A stretch of 64,000 bases of DNA from a phage (GCA_022979955.1 GCA_022979955.1_3642.1), one strand, 5' to 3'. Shown: positions 9,417-18,290, numbered from the stretch's first letter. The notes: a model not told the origin generated them from the letters alone. Program-made: numbers and translations.

Positions 9417-9650
9417 ATGATGGAACAAATTAAACGCGCTGAGGCTATTAATGGCAATGTGATCTATTTTGTCAGCAAAAACGAAAAAGGCGTACCCTAT
9501 GCGGCGGTAATAGTACAGCCTGACGGCGATTATTGGTGCACTGTGTACGGCGCTTATTCTTTTGGGCGTCCAGTGCATGATAAAATTTTGAAAGTAGCGA
9601 ACCCTACCGGGAAAAATATTACAGCAGAAAAATTTTTTGAAAATAGTTGA
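9417..9650 (+). CDS. hypothetical protein
   Basis: ORF 9390..9650 trimmed to ATG at 9417 with AAGAGG SD. Confidence 0.45.
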   Translation: MMEQIKRAEAINGNVIYFVSKNEKGVPYAAVIVQPDGDYWCTVYGAYSFGRPVHDKILKVANPTGKNITAEKFFENS

Positions 9651-9725
9651 CATGACCATATAAAACTGTAGTATATAAATCAAAGGGGGCAACAAGCCCC
9701 ACCAACCACAAAGAGGATAAAAATC

Positions 9726-9905
9726 ATGGCTATTATTGCAAAGACTGAGATCGTAGGCTTAGATTCTATTCTCCTCGCATATGAGGAAGCTATAGAAATG
9801 TATGTAGTTTCCTATGGTGAGTATATCCGTGAATATAAATCTATTGATCTGGCTTTTGAATGTTATATTCGCCAGGTAAATAAAGCATATGATGATTATC
9901 GTTAA
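9726..9905 (+). CDS. hypothetical protein (59 aa)
   Basis: promoter TTGACA at about 9643, leader hairpin, AAGAGGATAAAAATC-ATG; just below track cut-off. Confidence 0.45.
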   Translation: MAIIAKTEIVGLDSILLAYEEAIEMYVVSYGEYIREYKSIDLAFECYIRQVNKAYDDYR

Positions 9906-9996
9906 AATAGTTTGACAACAATTACAAATCGGGTAGAATGTATTTCGTAGGGGAGACAAGCGCCCCATTAAACGCAACAGGAAGAGGATAAACACC

Positions 9997-10242
9997 ATGA
10001 AAAGCAATAAAGGTTATAACGGTTACAAAAACAAAACTCATTGGAATGTAAGCCTTTGGATTAATAACGATGAGTCATTGTACCGGTTGGCCCAAGGCTT
10101 TATTAACGCTAATGCTAATCGTAATGATGCGGCGCGGGATATGATGCTTTTTCTGGAGCTAACCGGACAAGATAAGACCCCGGACGGCTTCAAGTACAGC
10201 ACTACGGCGATCCGTTCCGCGATGGTTGGAATGAAACACTAA
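9997..10242 (+). CDS. hypothetical protein
   Basis: ORF track; promoter TTGACA..TAGAAT; GAAGAGGATAAACACC-ATG. Confidence 0.5.
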   Translation: MKSNKGYNGYKNKTHWNVSLWINNDESLYRLAQGFINANANRNDAARDMMLFLELTGQDKTPDGFKYSTTAIRSAMVGMKH

Positions 10243-10319
10243 AAGCACATAGCCGCCTTACCCTGGGGCTGTAGTAGCGGCCCCATGAATAAGGTTACTA
10301 ACAGAAGAGAATAAACACC

Positions 10320-10424
10320 ATGAAACAGAAATTAATCGATGCAGTGATCTTGGTTATTGCCCTTGGTATTGGCCTGATTGCAACCATGTCTAATATGATC
10401 TTGTCTTCCAACGGTATCGGGTGA
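10320..10424 (+). CDS. small hydrophobic peptide ORF (34 aa)
   Basis: AGAAGAGAATAAACACC-ATG leader as in neighbouring genes. Confidence 0.3.
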   Translation: MKQKLIDAVILVIALGIGLIATMSNMILSSNGIG

Positions 10425-10433
10425 GGTTGGCAA

Positions 10434-10649
10434 ATGATCACTAACAAAACAGGCAAAACAGAATTTTTACGCGGCTTGCAAATAGGTAAGCCTGAGATCT
10501 GGCATTGCACTAAAACACCACGCGACGAAATGAAAGACTTTACCGCCACGCTGAAGCGGGTAAAGATATCCATTACGCAGAAAAAAGCCTTGATAGTGGT
10601 GGAAGGTGAGATCCCTCAAGCCGTTGTTATAGTTGAGCGTACAGCATAG
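10434..10649 (+). CDS. hypothetical protein
   Basis: ORF track; GGTGAGG SD. Confidence 0.45.
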   Translation: MITNKTGKTEFLRGLQIGKPEIWHCTKTPRDEMKDFTATLKRVKISITQKKALIVVEGEIPQAVVIVERTA

Positions 10650-10740
10650 TTTAATTTATACCGATACCCGAAAATTAACCAACAAAGCATAAACAGGCGG
10701 TTGCCGCCGCCTTAAACGTAGCAGAAAGAGGATAGATACA

Positions 10741-11025
10741 ATGAAAAAGATGATCGCAGTGGTTGCCCTGGTTGTTGGACTTAATGCGCCTGTAATGGCC
10801 AAAGAGCTGGCAAAAGAGGTAGATCTAACTGATATCCATGCCGTCAATCAAATCGGTGTTACTTATCGCCTATGCCTTGCCGCTAAAACTTTCCAGGATG
10901 GCACGACAGAGTACTACGGATTCGAGGGCGTTCGGTGCGGTGAACTTGCTCACGACCTTAAAGAAGATCCAGACCTGGAGGATCTGCCGATAACCGTAAA
11001 CGGGAAAACTTACGTGAACCGTTAA
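10741..11025 (+). CDS. hypothetical secreted/periplasmic protein
   Basis: ORF track; signal-peptide-like N-terminus MKKMIAVVALVVGLNAPVMA; AGAAAGAGGA SD. Confidence 0.5.
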   Translation: MKKMIAVVALVVGLNAPVMAKELAKEVDLTDIHAVNQIGVTYRLCLAAKTFQDGTTEYYGFEGVRCGELAHDLKEDPDLEDLPITVNGKTYVNR

Positions 11026-11170
11026 CCATGAGAAAGATAATTATTACCATTGGGATCGTGGCGGCAATGTTGGCGATCTTTCCCTTTATGGTTAGGTATG
11101 TGCTGATTAATGTTGTCCTGGTAGTCAGTGATCTGGTGTTATATATTAACTCATTGTTTTAGGCGCGATA

Positions 11171-11362
11171 ATGACAGCGGAAGAAGTTAAAAAAGTACTG
11201 GCGGTACTGCGTTATCATAATCATTGCAAGGTGAAGAATGATCCTGATTATCTTGATTCATCCCTTGAAGAGGATACACTACAAGCCATAAGCAACATGC
11301 AAGAATTGCTTAAGCGTATGACAGAGAAAAACCGACCGGACTACATAGGGGGTAAAATATGA
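11171..11362 (+). CDS. hypothetical protein
   Basis: ORF track; weak SD. Confidence 0.4.
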   Translation: MTAEEVKKVLAVLRYHNHCKVKNDPDYLDSSLEEDTLQAISNMQELLKRMTEKNRPDYIGGKI

Positions 11363-11670
11363 TCGCTATTACGCCAACCGTTTTAGATTGGTATCGGCAA
11401 CGCATAGCGCCTCCGCTGGCTATCTTCAAAGATGCGGAAGCAAAACAACGCCGGATCTCAATACATGAGATCATCAACCTTAACGCCGGAGGCACACCAT
11501 ACCGCCCAGGACCTGGCCGTGAGATGGACAATACGTTAGCGATCCTGAAGATACGCCGTAAACGGTCCTCCCTTACTCTGGACTCATTACACACAATGCA
11601 GCCTCCGTTCCAGGTGACCGGGAAACGGATCGCCAGGTCCTGGACAAAGGCCAATGATCGGACCGTATAA
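11359..11670 (+). CDS. hypothetical protein
   Basis: ORF track; AGGGGG SD; ATGA overlap with upstream gene. Confidence 0.45.
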   Translation: MIAITPTVLDWYRQRIAPPLAIFKDAEAKQRRISIHEIINLNAGGTPYRPGPGREMDNTLAILKIRRKRSSLTLDSLHTMQPPFQVTGKRIARSWTKANDRTV

Positions 11671-11756
11671 ATAAAAGTGTTTTGGTACTGATTTTGGGGT
11701 TGACTTGTTCGGCCCCTTTTGCTATTCTTATTAAACGGGCGGCACTTGGGAACAGG

Positions 11757-11779
11757 GGGAGACAATCACCGGGCCTGCC
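11757..11779 (-). repeat. 23-bp element, inverted copy B of 2332..2354
   Basis: exact reverse complement of copy A. Confidence 0.55.
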
Positions 11780-11887
11780 TGTCATATAAGAACTATAAAA
11801 ACCGTTGACATCTGCCATGGGGTGAGGTAACATTTATCTTGAAGGGGCAAAAGTGCCCACACAACAACCAGGAGAGAGGAAAACACT

Positions 11888-12160
11888 ATGTCAAGCTGGA
11901 TTAATCAAGAAGTCGAATCACGTTTTAATGCTATTTGGGATCTCATCGAAAAAGAGGACGGAACATCAAGCCCCTATCTCAACAATTTGGAATTCCATTT
12001 TGTGGAAGCGATGAACGCAGAACATGATCACGAAGGTGGCGCGGATGAGTTCGCTAAAGGTTATGGCTTTAACAATGCCAACGAAATGATCGAGGCGGTC
12101 GTACTCCAAGCTGAGGAAGATTATCAATTAAAAACGCTTGAATTCTGCCGCCATAAGTAA
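11888..12160 (+). CDS. hypothetical acidic protein
   Basis: ORF track; promoter TTGACA..TAACAT, leader hairpin, GGAGAGAGG SD. Confidence 0.5.
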   Translation: MSSWINQEVESRFNAIWDLIEKEDGTSSPYLNNLEFHFVEAMNAEHDHEGGADEFAKGYGFNNANEMIEAVVLQAEEDYQLKTLEFCRHK

Positions 12161-12220
12161 TAAGATAATGACACGGGCCAAAAGGCCCACTAATCAGAAC
12201 CGCACAAAGAGGTAAACATC

Positions 12221-12484
12221 ATGAAACGTCTTGATCAGCTCAAATTAGTTCAATATATGGCTTATCGTGTTCTTGAAGTCCAGAAAGGTAGCAAAAAAGA
12301 GGTTTGCGAGAAAGCTTATAAGATCTTCACTCGCAAAAAAGATGACTGGATGCTACGCCAGACTAAAAAGGCTGACATCTTGGGGTACCTGGAAGAAGAG
12401 ATCCGCCTTGAAGAGCAAGAAGAGATCCGCCGTAGTGAGGCAGATTATCAGGCAGCTTGGGAAAACTGGATGAGCAACAAATAA
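12221..12484 (+). CDS. hypothetical protein
   Basis: ORF track; AAAGAGG SD. Confidence 0.5.
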   Translation: MKRLDQLKLVQYMAYRVLEVQKGSKKEVCEKAYKIFTRKKDDWMLRQTKKADILGYLEEEIRLEEQEEIRRSEADYQAAWENWMSNK

Positions 12485-12550
12485 TACAACAAGTTACATG
12501 GTCAGGGGCAATAAAGCCCCTTGATCACATAAAAATTATGCTATCCCTGG

Positions 12551-12579
12551 TTGACAGGGATCGGCAGTTTTGCTATATT
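12551..12579 (+). promoter_or_regulatory. sigma70-like promoter TTGACA-N17-TATATT
   Basis: hexamers read directly upstream of gene 12628. Confidence 0.5.
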
Positions 12580-12627
12580 CTTTTTGAAGGGAAGTTGTAA
12601 GAAAATTAACTAAGAGGTAAAAACACC

Positions 12628-13047
12628 ATGAACATTAAATCTAATAATCCGGCATATAGCTTTGATAACGCTTTTTGTCACGGTCCGGCGGCGAAAGGAT
12701 TCGAAATCGATGGTAAACTAATTATTGTCAATGTTGACGGGGAAGAGGTTGCAGTATATCCGGTGGCAGACGTAAAAAGCCGTTTACAATGCCGCATGGA
12801 TGTTACCGCCTATCAGCTTGATCCGGTCCGCATAGTTGCCCTGGTCCTGGAAGAAGAAATTAAAGCCATGCACCATAGCAACAGATTTATTGGTGACGCG
12901 CAGGATAATATGAAAGTATGCCGCCATAAAGTTAATGAAGTGCTTAAAGAGTACGGCTATAGAGATCTTATGATCAAACGTGAGGAAAAATTCCGCTACC
13001 GTAACGACCTGGCAAATCGGATTTTTGAAATATACGAATCATTATAA
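12628..13047 (+). CDS. hypothetical protein
   Basis: ORF track 139 aa; AAGAGGTAAAAACACC-ATG. Confidence 0.55.
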   Translation: MNIKSNNPAYSFDNAFCHGPAAKGFEIDGKLIIVNVDGEEVAVYPVADVKSRLQCRMDVTAYQLDPVRIVALVLEEEIKAMHHSNRFIGDAQDNMKVCRHKVNEVLKEYGYRDLMIKREEKFRYRNDLANRIFEIYESL

Positions 13048-13065
13048 TTTTTTAACTGAATTATC

Positions 13066-13092
13066 AAGGGGCTTAGGCCCCTTTCTTTTTGT
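13066..13092 (+). terminator. rho-independent terminator ending the + strand early block
   Basis: AAGGGGC-TTAG-GCCCCTT hairpin followed by TCTTTTTG. Confidence 0.55.
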
Positions 13093-13695
13093 CTGCTCTT
13101 CTCCTACCATAAACGGCCCTACCTGGCAAGTGGAATAATTGACTAGCCATCAATCCCACATACTGTACAAATATACATGGAAAATAACTATTGCATAATT
13201 TTTCATTGTGTGGTAGCAAGTCCATTTTTACCCGTTTTCTCTCCCAAAAGTGCACGTAATGCCGCTATTGCACAAATTTTAACCTGATGCACATCTCTAA
13301 TATCTTGTCAACAACTAAAAATCTTTATAAGTCATACACTTACACAGCATCGAAAGCGTGTTCTACGCGAAAAATCGAGTATAACTATAGCCGCCAGATC
13401 TCAGAATTCACGTACGCACGCCATTCTATAGCCTGCAAAGTATTTATTCCAACCACAGAATAACGGAATAGTCAATACCTGCATAAAATAATTATTCGTG
13501 TAAACTGCATAACATAAATCAGCTCAGGTGTCAACATTTTTCGTAAACAGTTCGAAATTGTCACGGTAAGTTATTATACACAGAGAAATCTTTAGTCGTC
13601 TAATGGTTACTATACATTACTAATCTGACTGGAATCATTAGATGACTAATAGAAAGATAAGAAATAATTAACAGTCTAATTATATTAACGATAAC

Positions 13696-13970
13696 AATAA
13701 CAGCGGTTAAAGTCATGGCGCGACGGAGTCGCGACATAATAACACCGAGTAACCCTCACCCCCGTGAGCGTTGCGAATGTTATTATGCCATGACTAAATC
13801 ATTTCAACACGTAACTATAGGCATAACAACATTCCCTCGGTGTTATTATGTCGCTAGTTATTATATAACTGTTAACAATAACGCCTCGGGAATAGTTCTG
13901 CCTGCACGATGTTTATAACAGCAAGTTATGATCAACATTTCACAGATTATAATAACAGCGGTTAAAGTCA
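13696..13970. repeat. 20-bp direct repeat AATAACAGCGGTTAAAGTCA (13696..13715 and 13951..13970)
   Basis: two identical copies read directly. Confidence 0.6.
13731..13854. repeat. 19-bp perfect inverted repeat GCGACATAATAACACCGAG / CTCGGTGTTATTATGTCGC separated by 86 bp
   Basis: arms at 13731..13749 and 13836..13854 are exact reverse complements. Confidence 0.6.
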
Positions 13971-14597
13971 GGCGTAGAAACAGTGGAAGTGTAAACAGTC
14001 AATCATGTAAATGATAAGTATGTGAACAGTTATCCATGTAAACTATTAGACATGTAAACAATCAGGTGTGCAAAAGTGTCAAGGGTGTCACCATTGTGTC
14101 TAAAGTGTCGTATGTCATCAGTATGTCAGACAAGTTTTTCTCCTCTTTGTCAAGTGCTGCATGAAAAATTTACAATCTTGTATGGTAGCATTTTTGCGGT
14201 CCTGTTTACATTCAGAGATGTATGTATAATCCTTGTTGTGTGGGCGTTTAGACGTCTAGACGGTCAGAAGTCTGCAGGTCAATATCTAATCTATTGGCTG
14301 CTAACTATATCCCACACAAATAGTAAGAAATATAATTGTTATATGCGTAAACAGTAACCCATGTTATCAATCCCTGTATGGATCGCCAGTGGTGCGCATA
14401 ATGGGTATTATGTTAAATTGCCCGTAATGATAATGGTTCTCACAATGATATGTATTCTCATTCCCCCACACAAAATAGATTGCAAATGTTGTGCCACTAT
14501 GTGAACGGCCTCACCTATTAATTTGCCTCACTGCCTCGATATTTGAGAATTATTATAAGAATGAGAAGTATTCCCATTTCGTCCGCCTGGCAGCGCT

Positions 14598-14900
14598 CCT
14601 GTAGGTCCTGCAAGGACTCTAGCTGAAAGCTAGACCCTTCGGGCCTCCCTGTAGGTCAGGTCAAAATCGTGGTAGAATTGGGCCTATTCAGATATTTCTG
14701 GCTGGCTCTTCAGGTCTGTGTGGGAAAAGCCAACCTCTCCGGCGGGGCAGGGGGAGGTAAATTAAAAAATTTACGGGGTATATGAAGCGCTCTTCAGGTA
14801 AGGCATGTACTATGGGATGAAACCCTCTTCAGGCAATGATATTTGTGGGTGTGATATTTGCTGGAAAGCCAGATATGACGGGACTCCCGGCGGGGCAGGG
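14598..14900. repeat. cluster of short direct repeats: CCTGTAGGTC x2, CTCTTCAGG x3 (4th at 15238), CCGGCGGGGCAGGG x2
   Basis: motifs read at 14598, 14647; 14706, 14790, 14825; 14739, 14887. Confidence 0.55.
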
Positions 14901-15596
14901 GTAGTACAGACAGGGAAAATATGAGAATGTAGTTGGGGAAATTGATCAGACAGGTAGAGTATGGAATATGTTACAAGTATGTTAAATATGGAGGTTGAAT
15001 ATCTGTAGGATTTGTGTGTAAAATCAAAGACTTAAGGGGTGTTGTGGTATTTTCTATAAATAATTCAAGTTTAATAGGCAATATTTGTCTCTATCCGCTT
15101 TGTGTGGTAAACAGATTCAGATTAGATTGGTTTACAAGTGTATACATAATATACAAATTAAAGATACAAGAAACCCCCCTCCCCCTTCGGCTACCATTCA
15201 CCTTTTCCTCTGACTGGTACTTAAACACTTATTCAGACTCTTCAGGTTATCACCCATATATCATATGGCAGTGACTGGTGTCCTCCGGCCCCTCTTTCGT
15301 CACCCGTCCGCTTCGCCATGCTAATGCCATAGCTAATGGTTCGGTTGTTCACCCTGTTCACTCAGGTGTATCTCTATACCCCTTCAAACCGAAGAGAACA
15401 GAAAACCCGAATTACTCGGTAAAAGAAAAGAGAAGAACTTAATTTTATCAGGATAGGCAAGAATGTCAAGGCATGACTGCTCACTAAACAAGCAAACAGT
15501 CATGTGTGGGAGGTAAGTGATTGTGGTGGTAGGAAATTTAGTTGAAAGATGTGTTATAGGTGCTTCCAGCACTTTAGCCTGGCAGCTAATTGTGTG

Positions 15597-15812
15597 TCAG
15601 TCCAGCGGTTCATCCTCTACTTCACTGAAATCAATGTTCATGGTCTCTTCCCAACCATCGATCTCAGCACAAGAGTGGAGTTCTTTAGGGTTTACTCCCA
15701 AAGCCTCAGCAACAGAGTCTATATTTAACACCTCTGGCAGGTATGTTTCATCGAATTCAAGGTAAATCAGGCCACGAGTGTTGTCAGCTCCACCAAATAT
15801 TTCTATCTTCAT
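15597..15812 (-). CDS. hypothetical small acidic protein (MKIEI... N-terminus)
   Basis: ORF track; last gene of - strand block. Confidence 0.45.
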   Translation of the reverse strand: MKIEIFGGADNTRGLIYLEFDETYLPEVLNIDSVAEALGVNPKELHSCAEIDGWEETMNIDFSEVEDEPLD

Positions 15813-15933
15813 GAAATCTCCTCTGGAAATGAGAGTGTGAACAGGGTTTTATACGTTCCAATGCACTGGAATTATACACGTTTGCCTCTTCAGGCCATGC
15901 TTTAGCATGAGGAGCCTGTGTGGGCTCGGTGCT

Positions 15934-16347
15934 TCATAGTCTACCACCTCTGAACTCTTCGTGCTCAGGCATAATAGAGAACCAGATATCTACGATGTCT
16001 TCCCACGTTAGGTCATCAGCCTCAGGATCTGTCTGGGACGAAGATGGAGAATCTTCAGAATCGAAGTTTTCCTCTTGCACTGGCTCAGTCAAGGGACATA
16101 TAGTCACTCCTTTGGATGTCTCTTCAGATGCATGTGTGTTTATCATGTTCCACCCGTGAGTATTCCGGCAACAGCCACTATGGACGTAATGATCATCAGG
16201 ATCACCACCAAAACCTCTGACAATGTTTTCATTGTGTATCCCATATTCTCCAAACGATGTGTGGATACTATCACTGGAGCGGCAATGTGTCAACAGAAAC
16301 GCCGCGAGGGTTTGGTTAAAATCCGAGCGTATGGTGATTTGGGTCAA
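15934..16347 (-). CDS. hypothetical acidic protein
   Basis: ORF track 137 aa. Confidence 0.4.
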   Translation of the reverse strand: MTQITIRSDFNQTLAAFLLTHCRSSDSIHTSFGEYGIHNENIVRGFGGDPDDHYVHSGCCRNTHGWNMINTHASEETSKGVTICPLTEPVQEENFDSEDSPSSSQTDPEADDLTWEDIVDIWFSIMPEHEEFRGGRL

Positions 16348-16451
16348 AACGGACGTGCGTTCTCGCTACGCTCGAAAGAGAGACTTGTTTGTAGAAAGCT
16401 CTTAAACGCTCTGTAACGAGATTATCTGTCCAAGGTATGCAATCGTGCACC

Positions 16452-16482
16452 AGATAAAGAAAAGGACGCCACAGAGCGTCCT
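16452..16482 (-). terminator. rho-independent terminator (- strand)
   Basis: GGACGC-CACAGA-GCGTCC hairpin followed by U-rich run on - strand. Confidence 0.5.
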
Positions 16483-16506
16483 AGGTGTCTTAAATTTGAT
16501 ATTTTG

Positions 16507-16818
16507 CTATACCCATGAGGGCTTATCAAGGTTGGAGTAGCTGAAAGGTGTCAAAAGGTGACTGTCAAAATCCCTCAAACTATCCAAATCTTTTTCCTCG
16601 TCCTGACACCATCTGTGCCTACATTTATTGTTGTAGTGCATAGAATGCATAGCGTTCTGCAACTTAACAGGTACAAGTGATTCAGGAGTAGATAGTATTG
16701 TTGGGTATGCCAGAATCACCTCAAACAGTGGAAACACATCGAAACTAAAGTCTACCTCTGCAGAGGTTGATGGCATATAGGAGTATTTAGCCGCCTTTGT
16801 AGACATAATCCACCTCAC
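16507..16818 (-). CDS. hypothetical protein
   Basis: ORF track. Confidence 0.4.
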   Translation of the reverse strand: MRWIMSTKAAKYSYMPSTSAEVDFSFDVFPLFEVILAYPTILSTPESLVPVKLQNAMHSMHYNNKCRHRWCQDEEKDLDSLRDFDSHLLTPFSYSNLDKPSWV

Positions 16819-17141
16819 ACAGGTTTGATAATACCTTTACCGAATAATTCTTCGTATCTAATCTTATCCGGATCCCACTCTTGGATAATTTCGAAGACAA
16901 TATCCAACCCAGGGATAATCACTTCTCCAGTGTCAAGTTTGGCAAGAACAAAACCAGAAGGCTGAATGGTTTCCCAGTTGCGCCGATTGGAATAGAAGAC
17001 CTCGAAAATATCGCCGACCTTTATCTGTTGATCAAGATGTTCAAGATTCTCTTTCATATAGACGCAGCGGATTTTTCGTGCAGGCCATAGACCACCTGCA
17101 TCACGTTCATTTAGCTCTTTTACAGTAATCGGTATACCCAT
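16815..17141 (-). CDS. hypothetical protein
   Basis: ORF track; 4-nt overlap with downstream gene. Confidence 0.5.
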   Translation of the reverse strand: MGIPITVKELNERDAGGLWPARKIRCVYMKENLEHLDQQIKVGDIFEVFYSNRRNWETIQPSGFVLAKLDTGEVIIPGLDIVFEIIQEWDPDKIRYEELFGKGIIKPV

Positions 17142-17162
17142 CTCAAATCTCCTTCATAGATA

Positions 17163-17190
17163 GTAAAAAGAGGGGCCCAAGCCCCCCTCT
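17163..17190 (-). terminator. rho-independent terminator (- strand)
   Basis: AGAGGGG-CCCAAGC-CCCCTCT hairpin followed by UUUUU on - strand. Confidence 0.5.
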
Positions 17191-17196
17191 TTGTCA

Positions 17197-17502
17197 TTAT
17201 TCTACAGAGCGTTTGAACAGAATGTCTGCCTCAGACATGTGCTCAACCTCTTCTTCGATTTTAGCGCGACGTTTTTCAGCCTCATAGCGAATATCGAACT
17301 CGGTAGCCACCAGAGATTTGATGAATTTAGGAGAATACAGGTGATCCTGCTTCTCAACGAGAATGATATCCTTAATGGCATCTTTCAGATCTTTAATCTG
17401 AAGTTGGAGTTCTACCAGTTCTTCGATTGTTTTGCGAAGGCGATCACGCTCTGCAGTGTCAGAAGGAAGAGAGGTGAACAGTTCAACTTTAGATTTAGCC
17501 AT
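17197..17502 (-). CDS. hypothetical coiled-coil protein
   Basis: ORF track; charged heptad-like sequence. Confidence 0.5.
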   Translation of the reverse strand: MAKSKVELFTSLPSDTAERDRLRKTIEELVELQLQIKDLKDAIKDIILVEKQDHLYSPKFIKSLVATEFDIRYEAEKRRAKIEEEVEHMSEADILFKRSVE

Positions 17503-17530
17503 AGTAAGAGTCTCCTTATGTTGTTTTAAA

Positions 17531-17782
17531 TTAACGTTCTACAAAAATACCGTTCAGTTCAATAACCAGGAATTTCTGGTCTTCACTATCGTCTCGTGCC
17601 AGCACCTCACAGACGTATCGGTCATCCCCATCATCATCGCAGTCAAATACAAGACTGAGGACTTTATCATGGTAAACCTTCGCCACTACCGCCTCGTAAG
17701 TATTGCCGATTGTGAATCCAAGATAATCTCCGATGCATTTGACAACAACATGGTCTCCAGCATTTAAGTCAATCTTCGTCAT
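17531..17782 (-). CDS. hypothetical acidic protein
   Basis: ORF 17531..17848 trimmed to ATG at 17782 preceded by AAGGAG. Confidence 0.45.
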   Translation of the reverse strand: MTKIDLNAGDHVVVKCIGDYLGFTIGNTYEAVVAKVYHDKVLSLVFDCDDDGDDRYVCEVLARDDSEDQKFLVIELNGIFVER

Positions 17783-17937
17783 TACTGCGCTCCTTGGGTA
17801 ATAATACTGTATGTAAAACTTTAACCAGAGATGTGAATAACGCCCCAAAACACACCGATAGCGCTAAAACAGACAAGGCCATCATTAAAGCTTCAGTAAA
17901 ATCAGTCATTCCTCACCTCTTGTTAGTCACTATACTA

Positions 17938-18201
17938 TCATTTATCCTTGTCGTCAAGAACTTTTTTAAATCTTTCAGGGATATCTCCCGTTCTTAGATA
18001 GTTCATGACCTCGCAAGGTTCCCACTTGAATTTCTTACAGAGCAGGGCGGCTGAGATTGTTTCATTGCGAAAAGAAAGGATATTAATATCCCACTCTGAG
18101 AACCCCAACTTCCGAAGGGTAGCTACAGAAATCCTCACCGCAACCCAGCAGCAAAAACATGCAACAAACGCCACTGCTACAACCCACATCAGGATGTTCA
18201 T
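17938..18201 (-). CDS. hypothetical membrane protein
   Basis: ORF track; N-terminal hydrophobic helix. Confidence 0.45.
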   Translation of the reverse strand: MNILMWVVAVAFVACFCCWVAVRISVATLRKLGFSEWDINILSFRNETISAALLCKKFKWEPCEVMNYLRTGDIPERFKKVLDDKDK

Positions 18202-18290
18202 ATAAGCACCTTACTGAAATACAAGACACAGTGTTAAGGTTACTGACCAGCAAATAATTAACAGTGCCGTTGCAACCTTGGCAAGATTTA

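Larger units (their letters stand above)
13093..15590. other. about 2.5 kb non-coding convergent region between + and - strand blocks, rich in repeats
   Basis: only short ORFs lacking SD sites; multiple repeat families listed separately. Confidence 0.5.

Noticed and set aside
9759-10007. 82-aa ORF on - strand
   Set aside because: The same region encodes a + strand 59-aa gene (9726..9905) with promoter, leader hairpin and SD; the - strand frame lacks these.
11310-11765. 151-aa ORF on - strand
   Set aside because: Antisense to well-supported + strand genes 11359..11670 and their SD-defined starts; low-complexity Arg-rich translation.
13715-14357. ORFs 13715..13918 and 14076..14357 (+ strand)
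   Set aside because: Located inside the inverted and direct repeat region; no SD; Cys-rich low-complexity translations typical of spurious frames.
14700-15246. GCTCTTC / CTCTTC occurrences as deliberate type IIS restriction sites
   Set aside because: The motif is part of a longer repeated unit (CTCTTCAGG); coincidence with SapI/EarI recognition sequences is probably incidental.
15014-15274. 86-aa ORF (+ strand)
   Set aside because: No SD or promoter; sits in the non-coding convergent region; composition looks non-coding.
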